Shown piece after piece: positions 1-7,919 of a stretch of DNA of 32,000 nt (positions are counted from its first letter, which is position 1; every line of letters begins with the position of its first letter). This stretch comes from Pirellula staleyi DSM 6068. Lineage in GTDB: Bacteria > Planctomycetota > Planctomycetia > Pirellulales > Pirellulaceae. The stretch lies in assembly GCA_000025185.1 (NCBI GenBank), contig CP001848.1:3210001-3242000 (forward strand). Direction: 5' to 3'. The translations under genes and the position numbers were made by a program. The notes under the pieces were generated by a model. That model made no database searches, had not been told where the DNA came from, and was given only the letters and a program-made list of their open reading frames with translations.

Positions 1-1003
1 GAAGGTGAAAGTGCATACCGAGCCTGAGAAGGCGCACCGCCACCTGCACCATATCGTCGACAAGATCGAAGCCTCGCAGGTTCTCACCGCGCCCCAAAAA
101 GACCTCGCCAAACGGATTTTCACCAAGCTCGGAATCGCTGAAGCGACCGTGCATGGAACCGATCTGCGAAAGGTCCATTTCCACGAAGTGGGGGCGGCTG
201 ATTCGATTGCCGATATCGTCGGCGCTGCGGTCGGAATTACGCTGCTGGGTGTCGATCGGATCGTCTGTTCTCCGGTGCCAACGGGAAGCGGTTTTATCGA
301 AATCGATCACGGCCGCGTCAGCATCCCGGCTCCAGCAACCGCCGAACTCCTCAAGGGAATTCCACTCGCTCCTTCGGTTGCGACCATCGAACTCACAACC
401 CCCACCGGTGCCGCCATTGTCGCCACTGTCGCTGACACGTTTGGTCCACTCCCGGCGATGACGATGCAAACCATCGGTATCGGGGCTGGGGATCACGACC
501 TGAAAGTACAGCCGAACATCATGCGGCTGATCATCGGCGAGTCGACCGCTGAACTTGCTCGCGACGATGTGTGGGTCCTCGAGACCAATCTCGACGACGT
601 CACCGGAGAAGTGATTGGCCATGCCACTTCGAAATTGCTCGACGCCGGCGCACTCGATGTCTACACCACTGCGATTCAGATGAAAAAGAATCGCCCCGGT
701 GTTCTCATCACGGTCTTGGCTCCAGCAGAACTGGCGGCGAAGTGCGAAAAGATTTTGTTCCGCGAAACCGGCACGCTTGGAATCCGGCGCTACCTGGCGA
801 GTCGTCACAAACTCGAGCGCCGGGCATGTTCGGTGGAGACATCGATCGGCCTCGTCGCTGGCAAACTGGCGACCCTTTCCGACGGCACGGAAAGTTTCTC
901 TCCCGAGTACGAAGCTTGCCGCGTGATTGCTGCCGAAAAGAATCTGCCTCTACGCGAGGTCTATGAAATTGCTCTTCGCGCGTTTGAGCAGAAAACAACT
1001 TAA
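1..1003 (+). CDS. larC: LarC-type nickel insertion protein (DUF111 family), C-terminal ~330 aa; 5' end outside window
   Basis: The reading frame of track ORF 5..1003 is open back to base 2, so the GTG at 5 is probably internal. Blocks 'VHFHEVGAADSIADIVGAAVG', 'IPAPATAELLKG' and 'ELTTPTGAAI' match my memory of LarC/DUF111 conserved regions. Third codon positions are GC-rich. Confidence 0.8.
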   Translation, partial: KVKVHTEPEKAHRHLHHIVDKIEASQVLTAPQKDLAKRIFTKLGIAEATVHGTDLRKVHFHEVGAADSIADIVGAAVGITLLGVDRIVCSPVPTGSGFIEIDHGRVSIPAPATAELLKGIPLAPSVATIELTTPTGAAIVATVADTFGPLPAMTMQTIGIGAGDHDLKVQPNIMRLIIGESTAELARDDVWVLETNLDDVTGEVIGHATSKLLDAGALDVYTTAIQMKKNRPGVLITVLAPAELAAKCEKILFRETGTLGIRRYLASRHKLERRACSVETSIGLVAGKLATLSDGTESFSPEYEACRVIAAEKNLPLREVYEIALRAFEQKTT

Positions 1004-1093
1004 ATCTCGATGAATAATGGCGTTTCGTGAGGGCGTAATGTCCTGAGAAACGACCACTCATTTTCGCGAGTCTTAGCAAACAGTCGTTGCCCC

Positions 1094-2203
1094 ATGCCGT
1101 CGCCACTCATCATTCTCGGGGCATCGACCCGCGCTTTGGCCCAGTCGGCTGTGCGGGCTGGCTATGAGCCTTGGTGCGTGGATCTCTTTGCCGATCAGGA
1201 TCTGCGGGCCCTTGCGCCGGTCGTGCAGATTCAGCGCTATCCCACCGAGTTCCTGCGCGCTATCGATCAGGCTCCTGAGGCACCTTGGATTTACACAGGT
1301 GGCCTCGAAAACTATCCGCTGCTGATCGAGCGCATGGCGCGGAAACGTCGCCTGCTGGGTAACCATCCAGAGACGCTCCGTGCGGTGCGATCGCCAACCC
1401 TCGTTCAGCAAATGGCGAGTCGCGCTGGTTTGCGCGCGCTAGACGTACGATTCGCTGCTGATCAACTCGCTGGCTCTCAGCAGCGCTATCTCGTGAAGCC
1501 ACTTCGATCGGCAGGTGGACTGGCGATTCGATCGCTCACTACCAGCGAAACGATTCCACGTCGCTGTTTTGCCCAAGAGCATGCGGAAGGAGAATCTCTA
1601 GCGATTTTGGTAGTGGTTTCTCGCGGGGGAGTGCAGCTGCTTGGCGCGACACGTCAGCTGCACGAACAAGCGCATCCGCGCGGGGCATATGTTTACGCTG
1701 GATCGATCGGTCCCCTATCGCTCACAGAAGTTGAAACTACGCAGATCCGAAGTTTTGTGAAGCTTTTTGCTGCCGAGCATCGACTGGTGGGAATTGTCGG
1801 GATCGATTGCATTCGAACTTCCAGCGGACTTGCCGTGGTCGAGATCAATCCGCGTTATACGGCCAGCGTAGAAATCCTCGAACGTGCCACCGGTGTCCCT
1901 GCGCTCGACTGGCATTGTCGCGCTTGTGGAGGGGATTTAGACGTCGCCAGTCTAACTATTGCCGATCGTGCCGATCGACGCATTGTGGGGAAGCAAATTG
2001 TCTATGCGACGGAGAGTTGCGCTGCGTCGAGCGATCTAAGTCTGCGTGATGACTGGGCCGATGTGCCCCATCCTCTCGAGCAGTTTGCAGCAGGGATGCC
2101 GCTGCTGACAGTTTTCGCCGAAGGGACATCGATGCTCGAAGTTCAGCAGCAACTCGCGCGTAAGAGCGACGAAGCGCGTCGGCTGTTTTCTCCGTCCAAG
2201 TAG
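1094..2203 (+). CDS. ATP-grasp domain protein (COG2232-like predicted carboligase); specific substrate unknown
   Basis: ATG at 1094, 369 aa. 'LVKPLRSAGG' and 'GIVGIDCI...LAVVEINPRYTASVE' resemble ATP-grasp nucleotide-binding and C-terminal blocks. The assignment is family-level only. Confidence 0.65.
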   Translation: MPSPLIILGASTRALAQSAVRAGYEPWCVDLFADQDLRALAPVVQIQRYPTEFLRAIDQAPEAPWIYTGGLENYPLLIERMARKRRLLGNHPETLRAVRSPTLVQQMASRAGLRALDVRFAADQLAGSQQRYLVKPLRSAGGLAIRSLTTSETIPRRCFAQEHAEGESLAILVVVSRGGVQLLGATRQLHEQAHPRGAYVYAGSIGPLSLTEVETTQIRSFVKLFAAEHRLVGIVGIDCIRTSSGLAVVEINPRYTASVEILERATGVPALDWHCRACGGDLDVASLTIADRADRRIVGKQIVYATESCAASSDLSLRDDWADVPHPLEQFAAGMPLLTVFAEGTSMLEVQQQLARKSDEARRLFSPSK

Positions 2204-2207
2204 CGAG

Positions 2208-3176
2208 CTACGGTGCTCCACTCGCTTCGTCGCGCGACTGTTTTTCTTTCAGCCGAGCGACGTCGGCATCGAGTTCTTCCTGGGTCGGCTTCCATTTTTT
2301 ACCTGCCAGTTTAGGCTCGAAATCGGGCTTTCCCGCGAGTTCAGCCAGCGCTTTCACGGCCCGCAGCGTCAACTCTTCGAGCACACCCTCTTCGTGCTCG
2401 CGCCCCAGATATTCGGTGATATCGATCGGGTCGCCATACTTCACTTTGACTCGGGCTCGCATCAAAAACGGACTCCAGGCGGTCCCGCCGTAAGGAGAGC
2501 CTTCGATGTAGCAAGGAAGGAGTGGCACTTTCGATTTGAGCGCGATCATGGCGACGCCGGGGCGCACCGGCAACATGAATTCGTCGGTCATGTTGATGCG
2601 ACCTTCAGGGAACATTCCGACAAGACCACCCGCCGCTGTGAGTCGCAGCGCGGCCTTCGTCGACTGCGTGTCGACGCCGCCACGATTCACCGGAATCACT
2701 TCCACCGCGCGCAAGAACCAACCAAACGCTGCACTTTCACAGTACTCGCGCGCCACCATCCAGTGCACTTTGCGACCGGTTGCTGTCTGTACGAAAAAAG
2801 GATCGACGCTGCTGCGATGATTCACCACCAGGATGGCCCCGACGTTCTCGGGAAGTGGAACTGGTCCTGGAAGTTGCGCTCGCCACCACAGTTTGGCGAT
2901 CAGCCACGCGAGGACCCACAGCACGCATTGCAGCGGATTCATGCGACTGCGAGCCATGTTCACGATCATCACAACGAGCAGCCCGAGCGCAAGAGCGCCG
3001 AGAGAAAACCCAATCGCCTGCGTGGTTGTGAGCGTCATGCTGAAAACGTTCCTTGCAGCAGTCGTTGAAAGAGGTGACAAGCTACCGGTAGCTAAAAATT
3101 CATACAAACCGAGCGCGAACCCGACTGCGACCGGTGCTGTCCACCGTAGACTGGCTCGCGATTTCATCGTTGGCAC
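2208..3176 (-). CDS. 1-acyl-sn-glycerol-3-phosphate / lysophospholipid acyltransferase family protein (PlsC-like)
   Basis: It has the HX4D acyltransferase motif 'NHRSSVD', the 'FPEGRIN' block and N-terminal hydrophobic segments. The track start 3176 is GTG; an in-frame ATG at 3167 is an equally plausible start. Confidence 0.8.
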   Translation of the reverse strand: MPTMKSRASLRWTAPVAVGFALGLYEFLATGSLSPLSTTAARNVFSMTLTTTQAIGFSLGALALGLLVVMIVNMARSRMNPLQCVLWVLAWLIAKLWWRAQLPGPVPLPENVGAILVVNHRSSVDPFFVQTATGRKVHWMVAREYCESAAFGWFLRAVEVIPVNRGGVDTQSTKAALRLTAAGGLVGMFPEGRINMTDEFMLPVRPGVAMIALKSKVPLLPCYIEGSPYGGTAWSPFLMRARVKVKYGDPIDITEYLGREHEEGVLEELTLRAVKALAELAGKPDFEPKLAGKKWKPTQEELDADVARLKEKQSRDEASGAP

Positions 3177-3282
3177 CAGCCAATGCGTGTACTTTTGTTA
3201 TACTCGATGATCTTCGCTCTGGGCATGGACGACCCTCCGCTGAAGTGATCAGCAGCCAGTCCTCTCTCGAAGGCATTTTTCT

Positions 3283-4698
3283 ATGAAATCGCTCGCTGCC
3301 GATCCGACCAGATCGACAGAAACCTGGTGGAACCGGCCGTGCGGTGGTCGAGATGTGCTTGCGGTGGCCTTTCCGCTGATTGTCTCCACCGCTTTCTGGT
3401 CGGTGCAGTGGTTCGTCGACCGCATGTTCCTGATGTGGTATTCGACCGAAGCGATGTCAGCCTCGCTTCCCGCCGGGATGATGCACTGGACGATGCTCTG
3501 CCTGCCGATGGGAGTGGCCTCGTACTGCAATGCTTTCGTGGCTCAGTATTACGGTGCCGAGCGATACGGTCGCATTGGCCGCGCGGTGGGGCAGGGGGAG
3601 ATCTTCGGCTGGATCATGACGCCGATTTTTCTGATTTCGATTCCACTCGCCTCCTACCTCTTTACGTTTTCAGAGCTGTCACAAAGTGGCCTCGACTATT
3701 TCCGCTGGATGGCGCCCGGAGCTGGTGCCGTCGTCCTCTCAAACGCCATGTCGAGCTACTACACCGGTCGCGGTCTCACCTGGACGGTGATGCGTGTAAA
3801 CGTCTTTGGCACGCTCGTGAATATCGTGCTCGACTACATGCTTGTCTTCGGTGTTGCGGGGCTTCCCGAACTGGGGATCAAAGGGGCAGCGCTGGCCACG
3901 GTGATTGCCAACTGGTCGAACGTTCTCATCTTCGGCTGGCTGATGAGTCGCGACGAAAATCGCGAAAAGTTTGGGCTCGCAGGTCGCTTGCGTTTCGACT
4001 ACGAACTGGCCAAACGAATGGTAATTTACGGCATTCCCAGCGCGCTACCGATGGCGGTCGAGGCGTGTGCTTTCTCGCTGATGACGATGTTTGTTTACCG
4101 CCTCGGCGCCACCGAAGCTGCCGCCACAGGTCTGGCGTTTAACGTGAATGCGGTGGCGTTCATTCCTGTATTTGGAATCAGCATTGCGGTGACCACCCTC
4201 GTGGGACAGCAACTGGGGGCTGGTAATCCAAAGCTAGCGGCGCGTGCCACTTGGACGGCTCAGGTGATCGCGCTCTGCTACACCGGTGTCTTCGCTATCG
4301 CTTATATCTCAATCCCCGATTTCTTTTTGCTCGCCCATGAATCGGGAGCCAAAGATGCTGCTGAATTCGAGGAGGTGCGCGCACTGACTGTGATTCTGCT
4401 TCGCTTCGTCGCCTGCTACTGCTGGTTCGATGCACTGCAAACGGTGTTTGTCGGTGCGCTCAAAGGGGCTGGGGATACACGCTTTGTCCTCTTCACCGTC
4501 ACGATTGTTTCCGGCGCAGCTGTTTCGATTGGTGCCTTTGGCCAGTTCAAACTCGGCTGGAACATCTTTGGCTGGTGGTGGGTTCTCGCGTTTTGGCTCT
4601 TCACGCTCTCCGCCGTTTACTGCACCCGTTTCATTCAAGGGAAGTGGCAGTCGATGCGCATTATCGAGGCGGAACCCGAGGCGGTCGAACTGCCGTAA
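3283..4698 (+). CDS. MATE family efflux transporter
   Basis: 471 aa with about 12 hydrophobic segments in two halves. 'GIKGAALATVIANW' and the overall pattern are typical of NorM/DinF-type MATE proteins. ATG start at 3283. Confidence 0.85.
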   Translation: MKSLAADPTRSTETWWNRPCGGRDVLAVAFPLIVSTAFWSVQWFVDRMFLMWYSTEAMSASLPAGMMHWTMLCLPMGVASYCNAFVAQYYGAERYGRIGRAVGQGEIFGWIMTPIFLISIPLASYLFTFSELSQSGLDYFRWMAPGAGAVVLSNAMSSYYTGRGLTWTVMRVNVFGTLVNIVLDYMLVFGVAGLPELGIKGAALATVIANWSNVLIFGWLMSRDENREKFGLAGRLRFDYELAKRMVIYGIPSALPMAVEACAFSLMTMFVYRLGATEAAATGLAFNVNAVAFIPVFGISIAVTTLVGQQLGAGNPKLAARATWTAQVIALCYTGVFAIAYISIPDFFLLAHESGAKDAAEFEEVRALTVILLRFVACYCWFDALQTVFVGALKGAGDTRFVLFTVTIVSGAAVSIGAFGQFKLGWNIFGWWWVLAFWLFTLSAVYCTRFIQGKWQSMRIIEAEPEAVELP

Positions 4699-4720
4699 GT
4701 CGCCGCTGCTGCGAGGGGGC

Positions 4721-5287
4721 TTACTTCGCGCCAGCGAGTCGCAAGATATGGGCAAAGTGCGCGCTCGAAACACTTTGCACGCTCAGCCTCGATCCTTTGC
4801 GGAGTAGTTCCATGCCGTCGAGCTGCGGATCCTCGCGCAGCTGAGGGAGTGGAATTGGTTGGGCGAATTTCTCTTTCAGCCGCAGATCAACCATGTACCA
4901 GCGGACGTTATCGGGGGATGTCCCTTCGTCGAAGTAATGACTCGACTTGTCCCACGAACTTGGATCGGGGTAGCCCTCGCGCACTACCTCTGCAAGACCA
5001 ACGATCGCCGGTGGCTCGGCGTTGCTGTGGTACACAAGCACCTCGTGCCCCAGCTTCATTTCATCGCGGAGCATATTGCGGGCTTGGTAGTTTCGAACCC
5101 CGTCCCAGTGGGTCGTTTTCTTCGGCGCTTTCAAAAAATCGTCGACACTCCACGATTCAGGTTCGGTCTTCACCAGCCAGTGCGTCCGATCGGCAGAACC
5201 AGGGCCGCTGGTTGCCTGCTTCGAAGGGGCAGACTTGGCTGGTGTTGGTTTCGAGGTCGACTTCGATGTAGATTTCTTCTTGGCCAT
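4721..5287 (-). CDS. EVE (PUA-like, Thyn1-type) domain protein with Lys/Ser/Pro-rich N-terminal tail
   Basis: 'HWLVKTEPESWSVDD...WDGVRNYQARNMLRDEMKLGHEVLVYHS...IVGLAEVVREGYPD' fits the EVE domain consensus. The first ~35 aa ('MAKKKSTSKSTSKPTPAKSAPSKQ') are low complexity. ATG at 5287. Confidence 0.85.
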   Translation of the reverse strand: MAKKKSTSKSTSKPTPAKSAPSKQATSGPGSADRTHWLVKTEPESWSVDDFLKAPKKTTHWDGVRNYQARNMLRDEMKLGHEVLVYHSNAEPPAIVGLAEVVREGYPDPSSWDKSSHYFDEGTSPDNVRWYMVDLRLKEKFAQPIPLPQLREDPQLDGMELLRKGSRLSVQSVSSAHFAHILRLAGAK

Positions 5288-5469
5288 CGCTTGGACTCTG
5301 CGGGAAGTAGCGGCAAAAGATTGTGGCCATTATCGTAGCGAGTTTCCGGTAAACTCGTCGCTAGGGGAATGCCCCGTTCAGCGCAAGATTAGCAATATCG
5401 GCGCATGGTTGCCGAATAGTCTTCCCGGTGATCTGTCGTGAAATCCTTAAGTGTGCAGGAGCTGAGACA

Positions 5470-5595
5470 ATGGCGATGAGTTTGATCGCGGTGGCACTGA
5501 TTGGCCTGGTGGCCGTGGTGATCGTCGCTGTCGTCGTGGCAGTCATCGTTGTCGCCGCTTCACAGTCGGGAAGAGATCGCCACGAGCCCAAATAG
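5470..5595 (+). CDS. Small single-pass membrane peptide (41 aa), paralog 1; not in the ORF track
   Basis: My own translation gives MAMSLIAVALIGLVAVVIVAVVVAVIVVAASQSGRDRHEPK*. AGGAG at 5457-5461 lies 8 nt upstream of the ATG. Third positions are mostly G/C. It shares its architecture with the next ORF. Confidence 0.45.
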   Translation: MAMSLIAVALIGLVAVVIVAVVVAVIVVAASQSGRDRHEPK

Positions 5596-5665
5596 TCGGA
5601 AACGAACCAACCGATGGAGCAGTGCAGCTAGCCTTAAGCCTTCGTACACCACGAAAGAGACCGCT

Positions 5666-5800
5666 ATGATTGGAATCGGTATGATTGAAATGATCATCCT
5701 CGGACTGGTCTGCATGATGGGGCTGATCGTTCCCATCGTGATTGCCGTGGTGCTCGTCGCGGGAAAATCCAGTCGCGATGGTCGCGACGAGCAAAAGTAG
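5666..5800 (+). CDS. Small single-pass membrane peptide (44 aa), paralog 2
   Basis: MIGIGMIEMIILGLVCMMGLIVPIVIAVVLVAGKSSRDGRDEQK*. This is the internal ATG of track ORF 5549..5800, whose listed start is a TTG overlapping paralog 1. A purine-rich 'GAAAGAGA' lies upstream. The hydrophobic helix plus charged S/R/D tail is the same layout as paralog 1. Confidence 0.5.
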   Translation: MIGIGMIEMIILGLVCMMGLIVPIVIAVVLVAGKSSRDGRDEQK

Positions 5801-5806
5801 CTCGAC

Positions 5807-5821
5807 GCGACGCATCGTCGC
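5807..5821. terminator. Short GC hairpin between convergent genes (peptide 2 / aguA)
   Basis: gcgacg-cat-cgtcgc: 6-bp stem with a 3-nt loop, in the 39-nt gap between convergent stops. No U-tract. Confidence 0.2.
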
Positions 5822-5839
5822 CAGTCGATAGCAGGCGAG

Positions 5840-6898
5840 CTATTTCGGAAGTGGCAACTTCGTAAGAGGCTCTTGCTGCGAGAGGCAGTGGAACGATCCG
5901 AGTCCCCACACCAAATCGAGTGATGGCGAACCGATCACGCGATGATGGGGAAGCAACTCTTGCAGGATCGCGATCGCCCGCGCATCGGCGGGGTCGCCAA
6001 ATTGTGGCACAACGACTCCGCCGTTGACGAACACAAAGTTGCAGTAACCAGCCGGCAGTCGCTGATCGTCGACAAACAGTGGCCGGGGGAGTGGTAGACG
6101 CACGATTTCGAGCGGACGATCGTCTTGATCGGTCATCGCTTGGAGTTCGGCCAAGTTCTGCTGGGTCGGCCCGTAGTTCTCATCGCTTTCGTCCTCGCAC
6201 ACCGAAACGACGACCGTTCGTGCATCGACAAAGCGCGCGAGCTGATCGATGTGACCATCGGTGTCGTCCCCTTCGATTTCGCCCCCGGTCATCCAGAGGA
6301 TCTTCTGCACCCCAAGATAGTCGCGCAGGTATTGCTCGGTGGCGGCCTGATCGAGGTGCGGATTGCGATTCTCGTTCAAGAGACAGCTGCGCGTGGTGAG
6401 CAGGGTCCCTCGGCCATTCCCGTCGATCGCGCCACCTTCGAGGATGATGCCTGGAGTGAAAACATGGCGGCCTTGGATTTTCGCAATTTTCCCAGGGACT
6501 TCGTTGTCGAAATCAAATGGTGGATACTTGCCACCCCAGGCGTTGTATTGCCAGTCGACGAGGGCGGGGGGGAGATCACGATCGCTCGTCAAAAACGTTG
6601 GTCCATGGTCGCGACACCAGGCATCGTTCGTCGGAATGTCGTGCAGAAACACGTTCGGCACGTTGCCGACGAGCGACTCGGCTTGCGCCATCACCTCGGG
6701 GCGTCCGGCGTTGATGTTGACTCTCTGAAACTGGGCCATCGCGCGCACCAGCTGCGCAAACTCGCCGGGAACTGGCTCGAATTTACCGGGCCAGCTTTCG
6801 ACATTGCGCGGCCACGAGACCCAGACACTCGCTTGCGGTTCCCATTCCGCGGGCCAGCGATAACCAAGTTGCGCGGGGAGTTCGTTAGCGGAGGTCAT
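5840..6898 (-). CDS. aguA: Agmatine deiminase
   Basis: 'GYRWPAEWEP', 'WCRDHGP', 'EGGAIDGNGRGTLLTT' and the C-terminal nucleophile block 'GSFHCLSQQEP' are present. I prefer the ATG at 6898 (MTSANEL...), which overlaps the aguB stop by 14 nt. The track start 6934 is an alternative. Confidence 0.9.
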   Translation of the reverse strand: MTSANELPAQLGYRWPAEWEPQASVWVSWPRNVESWPGKFEPVPGEFAQLVRAMAQFQRVNINAGRPEVMAQAESLVGNVPNVFLHDIPTNDAWCRDHGPTFLTSDRDLPPALVDWQYNAWGGKYPPFDFDNEVPGKIAKIQGRHVFTPGIILEGGAIDGNGRGTLLTTRSCLLNENRNPHLDQAATEQYLRDYLGVQKILWMTGGEIEGDDTDGHIDQLARFVDARTVVVSVCEDESDENYGPTQQNLAELQAMTDQDDRPLEIVRLPLPRPLFVDDQRLPAGYCNFVFVNGGVVVPQFGDPADARAIAILQELLPHHRVIGSPSLDLVWGLGSFHCLSQQEPLTKLPLPK

Positions 6899-7778
6899 CG
6901 ATGTATCGCCTCGTAATATCGCCGTAAGCATCAATGCGTCGATCGCGGAGGAAGGGCCAGTGGGTGCGGACGACGTTCACGAGTCCGAGATCGCACTCCG
7001 AGATCAAAATCTCTTCGCGGTCGTGTGATGCTTTGGCGATCAGGTTGCCATTGGGATCGGAGATGAACGAACCTCCCCAAAACTCGAGAGCACCTTCGCG
7101 ACCGACGCGATTTGGCGCAGCGACGAAAACCCCATTGGCAATCGAATGGCTCCGCATCATCGTTTCCCAAGCGCGGTGCTGGCTCTCGCCAAACTCGGCT
7201 TTCTCTTCGGGGAGCCAGCCGATCGCGGTAGGGTAGAAAATAATCTCGGCACCCGTGAGGGCAGTGAGACGGGCCGCTTCGGGATACCATTGATCCCAGC
7301 AGACACAAACACCGATCCGGCCAAACTTGGTGGCGAAACTACGGAACCCGAGATCACCTGGCGTGAAGTAGAATTTCTCGTAGTAGAGTGGATCGTCGGG
7401 AATGTGCATCTTGCGATAGATGCCGAGCTGCGTGCCGTCGGCATCGAGAATCACAGCGGTGTTGTGGTACAGTCCGTGTGCGCGACGCTCGAACAACGAA
7501 CCGATGATCACCACGCCATGTTTTTTGGCAGCGGCAGCAAGTGCTTCGCTCGAAGGGCCTGGAATGGGTTCGGCGCGGTCGAACTGCCGGTGATCTTCCG
7601 ACTGGCAGAAGTAAGGACCGGTAAACAGCTCCTGCAGGCAGACGATATTCGCGCCGGCAGCAGCGGCGTCGGCAATGCGAGCGAGTGCTTTTTCGACATT
7701 CGGCTCGCGCTCGTCGGTGCAGGTCATTTGTACGCAGGCAACCTTCACCTTGCGTGAATCTCGATATTCGTAGGGCAT
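6885..7778 (-). CDS. aguB: N-carbamoylputrescine amidase (CN-hydrolase family)
   Basis: The nitrilase-superfamily E-K-C triad contexts are 'CLQELF', 'YRKMHIP' and 'VCVCWDQWYPE'. GGAAGGA lies 5 nt upstream of the ATG at 7778. It is directly upstream of aguA on the same strand. Confidence 0.9.
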   Translation of the reverse strand: MPYEYRDSRKVKVACVQMTCTDEREPNVEKALARIADAAAAGANIVCLQELFTGPYFCQSEDHRQFDRAEPIPGPSSEALAAAAKKHGVVIIGSLFERRAHGLYHNTAVILDADGTQLGIYRKMHIPDDPLYYEKFYFTPGDLGFRSFATKFGRIGVCVCWDQWYPEAARLTALTGAEIIFYPTAIGWLPEEKAEFGESQHRAWETMMRSHSIANGVFVAAPNRVGREGALEFWGGSFISDPNGNLIAKASHDREEILISECDLGLVNVVRTHWPFLRDRRIDAYGDITRRYIDDLR

Positions 7779-7919
7779 TTCGGTCCTTCCAAACTAACGG
7801 CCAAAACCAGGCAAGCTATAAATATACGCAAAACCGTTTGCCGGAAAGCGGCAGTTGACGAACTTCTTCACATCGCACTTACGTGACAGCGGTGTGGCAG
7901 CCTGTGATCGAGTGCAGTA

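Noticed and set aside
3196-3204. Extended -10-like 'TGTTATACT' upstream of the MATE gene
   Set aside because: There is no convincing -35 at the proper spacing, and planctomycete promoter consensus is poorly defined. This is too weak to call as a feature.
5339-5375. Two small hairpins (cgagttt-ccggt-aaactcg and gggg-aatg-cccc) in the EVE / peptide divergent spacer
   Set aside because: The stems are only 7 and 4 bp, with no recognisable riboswitch or terminator context. I noted them as possible regulatory structure but they are not strong enough to report as features.
5549-5665. TTG-initiated 39-aa hydrophilic extension of the second small peptide (track ORF 5549..5800)
   Set aside because: It would overlap peptide 1 by 47 nt. 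The paralogous design of the two peptides is recovered only with the ATG at 5666. This is not excluded experimentally.
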